Virus record (IMG/VR): IMGVR_UViG_3300027759_006101
Span: 62,001 to 126,000 of that record
Strand: one strand, 5' to 3'
DNA length: 64,000 nt
Shown: positions 63,203 to 64,000 of the stretch, piece after piece
How the letters are laid out: the number at the start of each line of letters is the position of its first letter
Position numbering within the stretch: the first letter of the stretch is position 1
The notes under the pieces: model-generated
What the model saw: the letters and a program-made list of their open reading frames with translations, nothing else
The model's database searches: none
Told to the model about the DNA's origin: nothing
Made by a program: the position numbers and the translations under genes

Positions 63203-63970
63203 CTAACCTTTCCTGTGTTCTTCTTGTATTTTATTTACTTCAGCTACAACATCCACAACTTCCCAATCATCAGCAATTAAATCTAAATAAATAATTTTAC
63301 CATATCTAGAATATTTACCGACACCCCAATCAGGATGCCAACTTTTACGTCTAATTGTTTTTCCCGCATTTAAATCGTCCAAAACATCTTTGAATGATTT
63401 ACTCTGCACCACCACCCAATCCTCAGCAAAAAGATCTACTGTGGTTATTGTAGATTCAGCATGGTCATATTTTTTAGGAAATAATGTAAGACTAGGATTG
63501 CCTTCTCTTGACATCATTTTGCCGTGCTCCAACATTTTTACAGCCCAATTAATATCTCTTTTAAGTTCTATATTATTTGTCTTAAGAAAACTATCAAAGC
63601 TACTTCCTATATGTTTATTCTCAACAGCATAAGGTAAATAATCTTCACCTAGATCTAAAGTATATGGGAAATTAGTCTTATCCAACTTAGCAGCTTTCCA
63701 AGTTTTGTCTTTATTTTGATGATGTGTAAAGTCTTTAACTTCAGCACCCCATTGTTTGGTTTCATAATAATATTTGTATGTCTTACCATTTACATAAGCA
63801 AAACCATACATTTGCCAGTTTGTACCATTTGAACGAGGATCTTCTTCTGCTAATAAACCATGGTAAATGTAGCATTCATGTTTTTGCATCATATCCATAG
63901 CAGCTGGAGTGTTATATTCACAATTTTCAATATTGCAATCGTAAATTTTACTCACACCCTTGACATTCAT
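63203..63970 (-). CDS. Multi-domain protein with two tandem DUF2829/Tad2-like domains
   Basis: INWAVKMLEHGKMMSR...DLFAEDW (63404-63559) and SFKDVLDDLNAGKTIRRKSW...DLIADDW (63251-63403), preceded by KHIGSSFDSFL. Confidence 0.6.
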   Translation of the reverse strand: MNVKGVSKIYDCNIENCEYNTPAAMDMMQKHECYIYHGLLAEEDPRSNGTNWQMYGFAYVNGKTYKYYYETKQWGAEVKDFTHHQNKDKTWKAAKLDKTNFPYTLDLGEDYLPYAVENKHIGSSFDSFLKTNNIELKRDINWAVKMLEHGKMMSREGNPSLTLFPKKYDHAESTITTVDLFAEDWVVVQSKSFKDVLDDLNAGKTIRRKSWHPDWGVGKYSRYGKIIYLDLIADDWEVVDVVAEVNKIQEEHRKG

Positions 63971-64000
63971 ACTTTTACCTGTACGCTTCTCAAACTCACG

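Noticed and set aside
294-63632. Numerous 60-156 aa ORFs antisense to or nested in long genes (e.g. 294-548, 21161-21511, 25657-26127, 28695-29156, 59070-59480, 61674-62009)
   Set aside because: They are shadow ORFs overlapping well-supported genes, with atypical composition and no motifs.
1-64000. Alternative genetic code (stop-codon reassignment)
   Set aside because: Conserved genes are full length in code 11, and TAA, TAG and TGA all end genes at expected positions. The dnaG and sbcC splits involve separated genes, not in-frame stops.
1-64000. tRNA, rRNA, or integrase/transposase
   Set aside because: No cloverleaf, rRNA-like or transposase motifs were noticed. Intergenic gaps are short and explained by terminators, promoters or micro-ORFs. 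A tRNAscan run would be needed to exclude tRNAs fully.
1-64000. Cellular (bacterial chromosome) or eukaryotic-virus origin
   Set aside because: Replication genes are concentrated and divergent, mixed with orphans, with no housekeeping or translation genes. Bacterial sigma factors, intrinsic terminators and overlapping genes argue against an NCLDV. A phage-like megaplasmid cannot be fully excluded because no capsid or terminase gene is in this window.

Overview
AT-rich 64-kb segment of what is most likely a large (jumbo/huge) bacteriophage genome. Evidence: gene-dense, no rRNA or ribosomal-protein genes, many orphan ORFs, standard code 11. A long minus-strand backbone encodes a near-complete bacterial-type replisome and recombination kit: DnaE, DnaN, DnaX, HolA, DnaB, DnaC-like loader, a split DnaG, gp32-like SSB, RecA, RecJ, a split SbcC plus SbcD. 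It also encodes nucleotide metabolism (NrdAB, dUTPase, PurA, HAD phosphatase), three sigma-like proteins (one clearly SigH-like) and a SpoVS-like protein. RusA lies on the plus strand. Interleaved with this backbone are orphan cassettes, mostly plus-strand and often bounded by bidirectional terminators. Their products share two short sequence tags: an N-terminal MWY/MFN...[KR]xxA motif and a ~25-aa helical-hairpin motif (K.A..LD..G.YKLAD.LT). The tags are attached to very different cargoes (PcfJ-like, ART-like, nuclease-like, membrane proteins). This is the best candidate for an undescribed system: a tag-based virion-loading or maturation code. The right end holds an early-type cluster of small genes with an array of DUF2829/Tad2-like domains, antitoxin-like peptides and a lone FeoA. 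All family assignments come from motif recognition by eye; no database search was run.
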